Shown here: in pieces, positions 49,569-61,189 of the stretch | Position numbering within the stretch: the stretch's first letter is position 1 | How the letters are laid out: every line of letters begins with the position of its first letter | DNA from: Octopus sinensis | Taxonomy: Eukaryota | Direction: 5' to 3' | DNA length: 64,000 nt | Assembly (NCBI RefSeq): GCF_006345805.1 | Contig: NW_021832855.1 | Span: forward strand, 1-64,000 | The notes under the pieces: model-generated | The model's database searches: none | What the model was told of the DNA's origin: nothing | What the model saw: the letters and a program-made list of their open reading frames with translations, nothing else | Program-made: the position numbers and the translations under genes

Positions 49569-50304
49569 GCAAATATTCTGCTCAATATCACAGATTTATT
49601 TATCAGTTGTTTGACCTTAACCACTTGAGCATGTCCCTTGGTGGCTGACAATACGTTATAGCAAATATTCTGCTCAATACCACAGATTTGTTTCTCAGTT
49701 GCTTGACCTTAACCTCTTGAGCATGTCCCTTGGTGGCTGACAATACGTTATAGCAAATATTCTGCTCAATAGCACAGGTTTGCTTGTCAGTTGATTGACC
49801 TTAACCACTTGAGCATGTCCCTTAGTGGCTGACAATACGTTATAGCAAATATTCTGCTCAATAGCACAGGTTTGCTTGTCAGTTGCTTGACCTTAACCAC
49901 TTGAGCATGTCCCTTAGTGGCTGACAATACGTTATAGCAAATATTCTGCTCAATAGCACAGGTTTGCTTGTCAGTTGATTGACCTTAACCACTTGAGCAT
50001 GTCCCTTAGTGGCTGACAATACGTTATAGCAAATATTCTGCTCAATAGCACAGGTTTGCTTGTCAGTTGATTGACCTTAACCACTTGAGCATGTCCCTTA
50101 GTGGCTGACAATACGTTATAGCAAATATTCTGCTCAATAGCACAGGTTTGCTTGTCAGTTGATTGACCTTAACCACTTGAGCATGTCCCTTAGTGGCTGA
50201 CAATACGTTATAGCAAATATTCTGCTCAATAGCACAGGTTTGCTTGTCAGTTGATTGACCTTAACCAGTTGAGCATGTCCCTTAGTGGCTGATAATATGT
50301 GCAT
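49569..50304. repeat. 92-bp minisatellite, 8 units, derived from family H
   Basis: GCAAATATTCTGCTC starts at 49569, 49661, 49753, 49845, 49937, 50029, 50121 and 50213; the last unit runs on into family H sequence. Confidence 0.97.
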
Positions 50305-50423
50305 CTCTGATCATAAGCAGGAGTCCTGGGAGAGCATTATAGCCATGTGTTGAGAGGGATTCTTTGGGGTTGAACCGATATAACAAAAGCAAAATTTGAA
50401 GAAAATATTAGCCTCTTTTCATA

Positions 50424-50610
50424 CTTTAATTTAATTTAATTTAATTTAATTTTTATTGGCTCAAAAAGTAGAAGCAAGGCCATGTAGGGAGACAGGGAGT
50501 TATGTACAGGGAGGATGGTCATACAAAGAGTTCAGGCCATTTCCGGTCAAGAGAGACTTTGAACCGAGCGGTCGTCGGTATCTTCACTATCTCGTCCGGC
50601 AGCTTATTCC
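50424..50610 (-). mobile_element. CR1-type LINE 3' end
   Basis: WNKLPDEIVKIPTTARFKVSLDRKW and an (ATTAA)n tail. Confidence 0.75.
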
Positions 50611-50855
50611 TTATACTTTCTAGGGTTAAGCAAATAGGAAATAACAGCTGCTACCCAAGGACAAAACCCTTGTAATAAAGAGAAATTCAAAACACAGACA
50701 TGAAAATCAGCATGTGACTTATCTAACAAACCTTGTTTTCAGTTTGATATCCATGACATGCATTAACACACTAACACATTGCTAAATAATTAAGTATTAA
50801 GGGTCAGTTGGTCAGACCATTATTTAACCCTTTACTGTTCAAACCAGACACAAAG

Positions 50856-51426
50856 TCCCACCAGACACAAAGCAAGACTTTTTTAGGGTGGAGACCTGCT
50901 TTTGGAGTGGCTAAGGTGGCTCATGTTGCTTACTCCAGGATTGATTTCTCTGAACATTTCAGTAGATAATCCATTTCTCATCACCTGTCACAATTTGCTA
51001 TAAAAACGGTGCGTTTTCATTCCATTTATAAAGATGGAAATGCGATCCAAAAGGTTCTTCTCACTCAACTCATGTGGTACCCAAACATCGTAGTGATTGG
51101 TGTACCCAAGCTTTACCAGGTGCTCATGAATGACGGACTTTGATAGGTTGTGGCTTTCTGCCAATTCTCAGGTTGTGCAATGTAGGTTATTCTCAATTAA
51201 TGACTTGATTTGGTCATCATCTGTAGTGGATGGTCTGCCGGATCACTCTTTATCAATAAGGCTACAATCTCCAGCTTGGAACCTTGCAAACCACTTCCGT
51301 ACACTTCTTTCAGATAAAGAAACATCACCGTGAACTGCGCATATTTCTTTACTTGCTTGTGAGGCATTTTTCCCTTTACGGAAAAAGAAAAGCATCAAGC
51401 CAAAAATGAACTTTCTTATCTTCCAT
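50856..51426 (-). mobile_element. mariner transposase relic (N-terminal half)
   Basis: MEDKKVHF, SERSVRKWFARF, SGRP, WVPHEL, IVTGDEKWI and LHPKKVLLCVWW, with stops and frameshifts. Confidence 0.9.
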
Positions 51427-51701
51427 TTTATAACACAGGTTATAGGAACATAAACCTTCTTCCACGAAAAGATATCTGGCTCAAATATTCCAGCTGCTTT
51501 ATGTTCAAACTAGCAAGATTCAGCCCTTTGTACCAATCCTACAACATTCTAAAACTAAGCAAACACACCAAATTTCAGAGCTACAAGATAATGTAGGATT
51601 AATTCAAAGCAATACGAAGAAATAAGCTTTACATTTGACAGAGTAATCTGAATGCTAAAGGGTTGATTTATACAAAAATCGGTGTTGAAAAATAAATATA
51701 T

Positions 51702-52115
51702 AGGTGTAGGAGTGGCTGTGTGGTAAGTAACTTGTTTACGAACCACATGGTTCCGGGTTCAGTCCCACTGCGTGGCACCTTGGGCAAGTGTCTTCTACTA
51801 TAGCCTCGGGCCGACCAAAGCCTTGTGAGTGGATTTGGTAGACGGAAACTGAAAGAAGCCTGTCGTATATATGTATATATATATATGTGTGTGTATATAT
51901 ATATGTTTGTATGTCTGTGTTTGTCTCCCCCAACATCGCTTGACAACCGATGCTGGTGTGTTTATGTCACCGTAACTTAGCGGTTCAGCAAAAGTGACCG
52001 ATAGAATAAGTACTAGGCTTACAAAGAATAAGTCCTGGGGGTTGATTTGCTCGACTAAAGGCGGTGCTCCAGCATGGCCACAGTCAAATGACTGACACAA
52101 GTAAAAGAGTAAAAT
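51702..52115 (+). mobile_element. SINE A, full length
   Basis: Family A sequence. Confidence 0.9.
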
Positions 52116-52468
52116 AGTAATATATTGATGACTCATACATAAATATACTGAAATATTGCTTATGTAAGCAGAATTCTATTGTGTCTCAAAACAAATGAAC
52201 CTGGGTCATTCTATTTACATCTACTTTGTCATGCTTGCATAAGTTAAACAAAATTCATTGGGGCAGATTTTATTTTACGGCCGGAAGTCCCTCTCGTCAC
52301 AAAACCTCACTTGTTTCCAAGCCAGGAAACAGTTCCACATCACTGGACATGTTTACATGTTCAGCTGAAGGAGAAAGAGGTAAACTAGGACATCAAATTG
52401 AGGATATCGGAGAGATGCAAGTTTTACTTCAACAACAACAGGCATGGATTGAGTTTACTGAGGAAAAT

Positions 52469-52644
52469 AGGCATAGGAGTGGTTGTGTGGTAAGTAGCTT
52501 GCTTACCAACCACATGGTCCCGGGTTCAGTCCGACTGCGTGGCACCTTGGGCAAGTGTCTTCTACTATAGCCTTGGGCCGACCAAAGCCTTGTGAGTGGA
52601 TTTGTTAGACGGAAACTGAAAGAAGCCTGCCGTATATATGTATG

Positions 52645-52702
<58 letters not shown>

Positions 52703-52997
52703 GAAATATTAAAATTACTAAGTCTCTCTAAAAGAGATTACGGCAGCGTTACTGGAAATTAATTGTTATCGCCATATTAATATAGCAGTCTTATAGATAT
52801 AAGACTAAAAGCTGTCGCTGATTAGCTCCATGAGGCCATCGCCTTAAGATAGCTATTTGACACACAAACTGTGTGTCAAAGTGTGTCAAATAGCTATCTT
52901 AAGGCGATGGCCTCATGGAGCTAATCAGCGACAGCTTTTAGTCTTATATCTATAAGACTGCCATATTAATATGGCAATAACAATTAATTTATATATA

Positions 52998-53042
<45 letters not shown>

Positions 53043-53232
53043 CGTTTGTGTGTCTGCGTTTGTCCTCCCAACATCGCTTGACAACCGATGCTGGTATGTT
53101 TACGTCCCCGTAACTTAGCAGTTCGGCAAAAGAGACCGATAGAATAAGTACTAGTCCAGGGGTCGATTTACTCGACTAAAGGCGATGCTCCAGCATGGCC
53201 ACAGTCAGATGGCTGAAACAAGTAAAAGAGTA
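52469..53232 (+). mobile_element. SINE A whose central (TA)n contains a fold-back element (52756-52990)
   Basis: 110-bp arms 52756-52865 and 52881-52990; the SINE resumes at ~53035. Confidence 0.88.
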
Positions 53233-53635
53233 ACACTTAGGAGCTGCCTAATGTCCAGAATGTCCCTACATACCAACTAAATATCAAATTGGAAAATTTA
53301 CACTCTCCTTACACAAGCAAAAATATATTCTAAGATACTGGTCCAGGATACCATAGGGGAGTAGATACCAATACTCTCTCTCTTTCTTTCTCCCCAATAC
53401 TTCTTGCTATTAACCCTTTGTGGAAATCAGTCATCCATTTAATATTTCTGTTCTTTCTTTTTTCCATTTTCCTCTCGCCATCTCATAATTTTATAAAAAT
53501 CACCAATACTAATTAGTATTTTGTACACACCAAGAATAACTTTCTACTAACATTTGAGCATACATTATCGCTAACCTTTATAACTGTTTGACTATCAATC
53601 AAAATTTTGAACAGACACACTTGGTAATATTCATA

Positions 53636-54230
53636 TCATCATCATCATAGTTTAACGTCGCTTTCCATGCTAGCATGGGTTAGACGATTTGACTGAGGTC
53701 TGGCGAACCAGATGGCTGCACCAGGCTCCAATCTGATCTGGCAGAGTTTCTACAGCTGGATGTTTTGCTTTTGTTTGTTCCTTCTCGAGCCATGCCTGGT
53801 TCATAAGGGCCGGTTTCCCGGTTTCCTTGGCATATAGGATCCCCCACCTGGACAGGATGCCTGGAGGAAAGAGTGAGAGAAAGTTGTGGCGAAAGAGTCA
53901 GCAGAAGTTCGCAATTACTTTCTGCCGGAGCCGCGTGGAGTTTAGGTGTTTCGCTCATAAACACACACATCACCCGGTCTGAGATTCAAACCCACGATCT
54001 CAGACCCGTGAGTCCACTGCTCTAACCACTAGGCTATGTGCCTCCACCTACAGCTCGATGCCCTTCTTAACACCAATCATTCCGACAGTTTAATGAGTGC
54101 TTTTACGTGCCACCTGCACGAGGCCAGTCAGGCAGTATTGACAACGGCCATGCTCAAATGGTGCTTTTTATGTGCCACCTGCATAGGGGCCAGTCCAGCG
54201 GCACTGGCAACGACCCCGCTCGAATGTTTT
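53636..54230 (-). mobile_element. Family E fragments interleaved with family D-like SINE pieces
   Basis: Family E sequence breaks at CTACAGCT (53755) and resumes at ~54045 after SINE heads. Confidence 0.65.
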
Positions 54231-54909
54231 TTTTTCACATTTTTTTCTGTTTGACTATTATTTATACAACTACTTTTCATTAATAACCACATCAACCCAT
54301 CTTTAACAACAAAACAAGGTGTGATATGCACACATATTTCTATATTTATATTTTTTATATCTTCTTTTTATACATATATTCATGTTGATTATTTAATTTA
54401 ATTATTTATATTAAATTACTCATCCATTACACCTATATTTAGTTTACCTTTAAAGCAATCAACCATAATACCTAACCTGTTTTAAACATCATGAGCAACC
54501 TTCTACCAACATTTGAGCATACACAATTGCTAAATTTCATAACTATTTGATTTAATCTAACACATACATCAGGTTGACTATTATTCAGAAAACTACCTTT
54601 AATTAATAACTATATTAACACTTCCTTAACAACAAAAACACATTCCTGATATGCACTCACATATATACAATGGGCTACTTTCAGTTTCTGTTTACCAAAT
54701 CCATTCACAAGGCTTTGGTGGCCTGAGGCTATAGTAGAAGACGCTTGCCCAAGGTGCCATGCAGTGGGACTGAACCCGGAACCATGTGGTTCGTAAGCAA
54801 GCTACTTAACACACAGCCACCCCTTGTACATATAATATATATGTATGTGTTTATGTATGTATGTATGTATGTGTATATGTGTTGTGCCTGTATTGACACG
54901 AATTTCTTG

Positions 54910-54942
<33 letters not shown>

Positions 54943-54968
54943 TTTATTTAAAGCAGCAGAAAATTCAA

Positions 54969-55018
54969 CAAAACCTGTTACTCTGAGTTTCCCGTTGCCG
55001 TTCATCGGACAGGTTTTG
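54969..55018 (-). ncRNA. Minimal hammerhead-like motif, copy 1 (-)
   Basis: CAAAACCTGT-CCGATGA-ACGGCAACGG-GAAA-CTCAGAG-TA-ACAGGTTTTG, with a perfect 10-bp stem I. Confidence 0.65.
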
Positions 55019-55055
55019 CTAGAATGGACCCAATGACATATCGGTTCCATTCTAG

Positions 55056-55105
55056 CAAAAACTGTCCGATGAACGGCAACGGGAAACTCAGAGTAACAGG
55101 TTTTG
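55056..55105 (+). ncRNA. Minimal type I hammerhead-like motif (U4C core variant), copy 1 (+)
   Basis: Stem I 9/10 bp; core CCGATGA (55066-72); stem II ACG-GCAA-CGG; GAAA (55083-86); stem III CTC-A-GAG; GTA triplet (55093-95). Confidence 0.65.
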
Positions 55106-55253
55106 TTGAATTTTCTGCTGCTTTAAATAAAGCATATTACTCTACCACTGGTATTTGAGTACTCTTTTTACCACCTGTTTCACATTTATGTGTTTACTCC
55201 GGTATATATATATATATATATATATACTTTATTTAAAGCAGCAGAAAATTCAA

Positions 55254-55302
55254 CAAAACCTGTTACTCTGAGTTTCCGTTGCCGTTCATCGGACAGGTTT
55301 TG
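55254..55302 (-). ncRNA. Minimal hammerhead-like motif, copy 2 (-)
   Basis: As 54969-55018 with one G missing in stem II. Confidence 0.6.
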
Positions 55303-55339
55303 CTAGAATGGACCCAATGACATATCGGTTCCATTCTAG

Positions 55340-55389
55340 CAAAAACTGTCCGATGAACGGCAACGGGAAACTCAGAGTAACAGGTTTTG
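55340..55389 (+). ncRNA. Minimal hammerhead-like motif, copy 2 (+)
   Basis: Identical to 55056-55105, 284 nt downstream. Confidence 0.65.
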
Positions 55390-55496
55390 TTGAATTTTCT
55401 GCTGCTTTAAATAAAGCATATTACTCTACCACTGGTATTTGAGTACTCTTTTTACCACCTTGTTTCACATTATGTGTTTACTCCGGTATATATATA

Positions 55497-55551
<55 letters not shown>

Positions 55552-55981
55552 TACATATATATGTATATATATATATATATATTTACATATAAATAAATAT
55601 ATATATATGTGGTTTCGGGTTCAGTCCCACTGCGTGGCACTTTGGGTAGGTGTCTTCCACTATAGCCCCGAGCTCACGGAGCTTTGTGATTGAATTCGGT
55701 AGGTGGAAGTTACTGCCGTGTGTGTATATGTGCGTGTAGGTGCTTGTGCCTCTCCGAAAGAGAGAGAGAGGGATATATACACATATATATATATATACAT
55801 ATATATATAGAGAGAGGGATACATATATATATATATATATATATATTTACATATAAATAAATATATATATATATACACATATATATATATACATACATAT
55901 ATATATATGTGAATACATAAGTGTGTATGAGTATATTACTTATCTATCTAATTATTTATTTAAACTTATATATTTATATGT

Positions 55982-56152
55982 CACTACACTCACGGAGTGG
56001 TTGGCGTTAGGAAGAGCATCCAGCTGTAGAAACATTGCCAGATTAGACTGGAGCCTGGTGCAGCCTTCTGGCTTCCCAGAACCCCGGTCGAACCGTCCAA
56101 CCCATGCTAGCATGGAGAACCGACGTTAAACGACGATGATGATGATGATGAT
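55982..56152 (+). mobile_element. Family E copy
   Basis: CACTACACTCACGGAGTGG...CGTTAAACGACGAT(GAT)n. Confidence 0.85.
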
Positions 56153-56499
56153 GTGTGCGTATGTATGCATCTATGTGTGCAGTTTCCTATTTGATTATTA
56201 TCTTTACTAGTCACAATTGTACAAATAAGTACAAGTGTACATGTGCATATGTGTGTGCAAGCAGTAATATGTATATATTTGTGTATGAGTAGTAAGTATT
56301 AAATTAAATTAAATTAAAATTCTTTTATATGGTGGGATGAAGGGAACTACTATCTCTAAATAAAAAATACATATTTCCTCATTTAGAATAATTTGAACCC
56401 CTGTGATGCCAGGATTTTTATTCCCTGATAAATAAAATAAAATATATTTGTGTATGTATATGTATGTACATTAGTATATGCGATTCAAATCAATTCTAA

Positions 56500-56900
56500 C
56501 CAATAAGTTTGACCGTTATGTAAACCTCCTCGGGAAATGTGAAGACGCAGGCTGGAAAGCGGAACATTTTCCCAATCGAAGTCAGATGTAGAGGGTTCGT
56601 TGGACACAGTGTGAGATGACTGCTGTTATCGCTAGGCCTAACTCATCGTAAAGTCAATACCACCATGACCGATATCCAATCTACAGTGGAGAAGGTTAGT
56701 CACTGGATTTGGTTAATAAGAGACAATGAGCGATGGCTAGAAGGATATTGAGCTTTATTTGATAACCAGCTGATCTAGCAAGCGGGGCCTCATATCAGTG
56801 AGGGGGGCCGGTGCGCATTGATGCCGTTGAGAGGTAGGCCCTGAAACGGCACGCATTCTCTCCTGATGACCCCATACACTTGTGGTATGCGGAGTTTTTG
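56500..56900 (+). mobile_element. HERO-like non-LTR element 3' end (restriction-like endonuclease plus 3' UTR)
   Basis: RYVNLLGKCEDAGWKAEHFP-IEVRCRGFVG...VEKVSHWIWLIRD matches KY.eL...C...GW.....PvEVGCRGF...aEkaS.WlWl.R; stop at 56749-56751. Confidence 0.75.
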
Positions 56901-57216
56901 ACTGGTAGCACTTGCATGTGCAAGTTGTTTGCAAGACATCCAATTTACAAATTACCTGTTTCATTATTCACTTAAACTTACTTTTACGACCGATTATTTA
57001 TAAATGTGCACTTTGGTGCTTATTCTTATATAAGAATAAATTTTAAACAAATTCGTATGCAAAAAATTTTACACAATTTTCTCCCCTTTTAGATTAGAAT
57101 AGCTAAAAAAAGAAAGTAATAAAATATTAATCCTTTATTAAAAATAAACCTAAATAAACCGTTAAACCTGTCCAACTTTGCTTGAAACACTACTTGATTT
57201 GAAAACAGATTTATAA

Positions 57217-57585
57217 CTAGCACTATGACCTGGCAACGTCGGGTCATAGTGCTAGTGCATGCATATACAGCTGCGTGCGCACATACACGCGAGTACTGTC
57301 CAAATCTCCGACCAATCACATACATCTAGCTGGCATTCAATTGGCGTATCAAGTTTCGGGCATTTTGATTGGGTTTTGGATAGAAAATTCACAAAAACAG
57401 TCAGTTCTATTGATTTTTTAATGGCTTTGCGGGGGTGACTGGGGAAATGTAAAGATGTGCAAGACCACCCTTGGACAGTTTTGAATGACCATAGAAAGTG
57501 CGAGCCCTCTAACTGAAAAATTGTGGATTTGTATAAAGGATTCACACACACACAGACAGACATTTTGCCGTTATATATATAGAGA
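57217..57585 (-). mobile_element. Non-autonomous Helitron
   Basis: Minus 5' end A|TCTCTATATATATAACGGCAAAATGTCTGTCTGTG resembles 62804; subterminal hairpin then CTAG|T at 57220-57216. Confidence 0.8.
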
Positions 57586-57708
57586 TGATTTATATATAAA
57601 CCTATTATTTTATGGATATTAACCTCACCCCAAAAATATTAGGTATTGAACCAGTATTTTCTCAGATGATACCATCCCTTCATGAGGCCAATATAACCTC
57701 TATTTGAA

Positions 57709-57769
<61 letters not shown>

Positions 57770-58282
57770 AAGATAACTTTATTGGCCACCCAGGGCTGAA
57801 CACAGAGGGGACAAATACAAGTGTGGAGCTTTTCTTTTTGAAAATGAAAAAGAAAAAGGGAAAAAAAGGGAGAAAAAAAGTAAAATACCAATGAAAAGGA
57901 GTTGGGTTAAAAAAAAGGCGGTCAAAAGGGATTGTGTATCACAGAAGAAATTTTTAAAATGTAAGAAGTAAGATTAGGTTTTTCCGTGGAAAGAAAAGCC
58001 TATGGAAAAGATCGCGGGAACCTTGGGCAGAGAGGGAATAAACACATGAGAGCAAAGTGCTCTCTCTCTCTCTCTCTCTTTCTGATTTACAGGATTATGC
58101 TCAAAGTCGTTTCATCACTCACACACACCACTTTTTTTTGAAACTTTCACGAGACAAACCCTGCCTCTCCATTCTCACCTTTTTCAAGTGGTACTTGAAA
58201 AAGTTGATGATCAATTAGCCAGAGAGAGGGAGGTAGGTGAGTAGGTAGGTAGGTAGGAAGGTAGGTAGGTAGGTAGGAAGAA

Positions 58283-58317
<35 letters not shown>

Positions 58318-58575
58318 TAGATAGATAGATAGATAGAGAGACAGAAAGACAGATAAGCCGTCTGTACTCTTAATGCTCCACAGATGCTATATATACTGTT
58401 GATCAAGTAAAAATAGCAATTTAAAAGCATCTATCAATCACCTGCCAAACAACCAAACAACCAGAGACGGTACAAACACATTACTATGCTACATCTCATT
58501 GAATCAATTTGTCAAACTAAATTAACAATGACTGGGAATATTACAGCTAAAAGTTTAGACAGACAGACAGATATA

Positions 58576-58797
58576 TACTCTTTACTCTTTCACTTGTTTC
58601 AGTCATTTGACTGTGGCCATGCTGGAGCACCGCCTTTAATCAAGCAACTCGACCCCGGGACTTATTCTTTTGTAAGCCCAGTACTTATTCTATCGGTCTC
58701 TTTTTGCTGAACCGCTAATTAACGGGGACATAAACACACCAGCATCGGTTGTCAAGCAATGCTAGTGGGGAAAAACACAGACACACAAACATACACG

Positions 58798-58829
<32 letters not shown>

Positions 58830-58992
58830 CAACGGGCTTCTTTCAGTTTCCGTCTACCAAATCCACTCACAAGGCTTTGGTCGGCCCGAGGCTATAGTAG
58901 AAGACACTTGCCAAAGGTGCCATGCAGTGGGACTGAACCCGGAACCATGTGGTTGGTAAACAAGCTACTTACCACACAGCCACTCCTGCGCA
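58576..58992 (-). mobile_element. SINE A, full length
   Basis: Family A sequence. Confidence 0.9.
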
Positions 58993-59034
58993 TACATATA
59001 CATATATGGTGGTTGTCTACTTCTTATGCAGAGT

Positions 59035-60228
59035 TTGACCTCCTCCTGTACCTACACCTTAGCATCATCATGGCATCTGTTGTGGCTTTTTAAGCTAGAC
59101 AATTTTCTGAAAAGACACCCACATACATTGCACCTCCAATTTAGACCACCAAGAACTGCAGTTAGGTTCTGATCTTTGTGGATCTTAAAATGTCTCTTGA
59201 GGCCTCCATTGGATTTGCAAACCTTCTGGCATACACTGTGTTCAAAGGTGTGCACAGACATATAGGCAGAATAGTTGGTGGAGGTTTGTTTTCCATGCGT
59301 TCACAGATGAGATTTGAGGCCAGACAGGCATGGTCTGTCACAGACTGTGCACACAAAAATGTCATTGTCATTCACCTTCTCAATCGTTACATTCTTCCTT
59401 AGATCTCTTTTGAGTCTTACATGCGTTATCCTGGCCTCTTCAAATGCTTTCACTCCACTCCACACCTTTGTTCGCTATCCAACTTGATCTGGAGCAAGGG
59501 TTTCTACATCTTCTGGAACCATACCCAGTGACTTCATAGTACTCCTTATGCCGTCCTTAAACCTTTTTTTAGGTTTACACCGATAGCATTTCCCTTCTGC
59601 AAACTCACCATAAAAGAGCTGTTTTGGCATGCATTCATCTGTCATTCGAACAATATGGTCACACCATCTCAATTGGTTCCTCAAAATCATAGCTTTAATT
59701 GAGGCGATACCTGCAGATGTAAAGACATCTGTGTTTGGAGTAAAAGAACTCCATTTAATTTGCGATGAAGGTATTTTTGGTGGAATTGTTCTAACAATTT
59801 AAAATGACTTTCATAACAAGTCCAAGTTTCACAGGAATACAACAGGGATGGTAAGACAAATGATTTGTAAAGAGCAAGCTTTGCTTTGTTATTTATATGT
59901 CGCTGGCACCAAACATGTGACTCCAAGCCACCAAATGCTTTTGCTGCCCTTTGAATTCGCAGCTGTGTTTCTGTATCAAGATTTCCATCATTTTGAACAG
60001 AGCTTCCAAGGAAGACGAACAAATTGACAACCTCAAGTTACTTTCCCTTAACAAAAATTTTAGGGAGGTTACAAACAGCACCACACACAGGTTGATGCAT
60101 TACAACTGTTTTTTTCAAGTTGATGGTCAAGTCAAAAGCAGATACAAGAGATTGCAGACCTGTTTCAGAATGACTGAGAAGATCGCAATTATCAGCGTAC
60201 AAAAGATCCCCAATTAGTGAAGTAAATG
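59035..60228 (-). mobile_element. RTE LINE relic (RT C-half to two C2H2 fingers)
   Basis: LLYADNC, FVFLGS, LPSLLYSCETW, QLRWCDHIVRM, CQKVCKSNGGLKRHFKIH and CNVCGCLFRKLSSLKSHNRCH; frameshifted. Confidence 0.9.
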
Positions 60229-60823
60229 AGACCATAACCTCGTGGCCTATGCCAGGGGTGTAACTAGACCACTTATGCATACCTTTCCTTCATTTGGACA
60301 CTAAACTCTGCTTGCGAAGACCTGTTGAGGCAAATGAAATCGAAATCGAAATCAAATTTGATGACTGGCATCCATACTAGTGGAGCGCTAAGAGTACCAT
60401 CTGAGCGTAATCGTTGCCATAGCAGCTAACTGGCTTCTGTGCCGGTGACATGTAAAAAGCACCATTCGAGCGTGATCATTACCAGTGTCGCATTACTGGC
60501 ACTTGGGCCAGTAGCACGGGAAAAAAACATTCATGCAAGGTCCTTGCCAGTGCTGCTGGACTGACTCCGGTGCAGGTGGCATGAAAAAAACACCATTTCG
60601 AGTGTGGCCGTTGCCAGTACTGCCTGACTGGCCCTCGTGCTGGTGGCATGTAAAAGCACCCACTACACTCTCAGAGTGGTTGGCGTTAGGAAGGTCATCC
60701 AGCTGTAGAAACTCTGCCAGATCAGATTGGAGCCTGATGCAGCCATCTGGTTCACCAAACCGCAGTCAAATCATCCAACCCATGCTAGCATGGAAAACGG
60801 ACGTTAAACAATGATGATGATGA
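60228..60823 (+). mobile_element. Family E RTE 3' UTR, long form
   Basis: Starts CCATAACCTCGTGGCC (homologous to ~4888), then GAAGACCTGTTGAGGCAA and a (GAT)n tail. Confidence 0.85.
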
Positions 60824-61189
60824 AGATTGTTTGACCACAGTGACAGGATGACGACTGGGTCCAGCCTGCTTGAAATAATTGGATTGTTTTGATTTCTTTA
60901 CTCTGTTATATTTCTTTGATTACTCCATAAATTCAATTGTTTTTTCTTTATAGAATATCTCTTATTCCTCATGTTGGCTGCTGAGGAGGTCATCATCAAG
61001 GTTTTACCTTACCTGTTTATGCACATTTAAAACCTTACCTGAGGATGGGGGATTTATGCTATAATGTAATATGTGCCTCAATAAAACACTATCAAAACAG
61101 CTGTAGTAAATTCTAAACCCATTTGCATTCTTCATTATATAAACACACACACACAAATATATATATTTATATATATTTCTTTCTTTCTT

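Larger units (their letters stand above)
54942..55487. mobile_element. Tandem pair of ~285-nt fold-back units between (TA)n runs; candidate Penelope/retrozyme-like element
   Basis: Units start at 54942 and 55227. Each has ~87-bp inverted arms, a 17-nt loop and a ~70-nt tail. Confidence 0.85.

Noticed and set aside
59052-59261. C2H2 zinc-finger host gene
   Set aside because: The fingers are the C-terminus of the frameshifted RTE ORF2 at 59035-60228.
61013-61100. Possible cassette exon of the ASB-like gene (two CAG|GTAAGG donors at 61038 and 61012)
   Set aside because: The acceptor lacks a good pyrimidine tract; lengths of 62 or 88 nt shift the frame and the phase-1 reading hits TGA at once. 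At most a poison exon, and unsupported.
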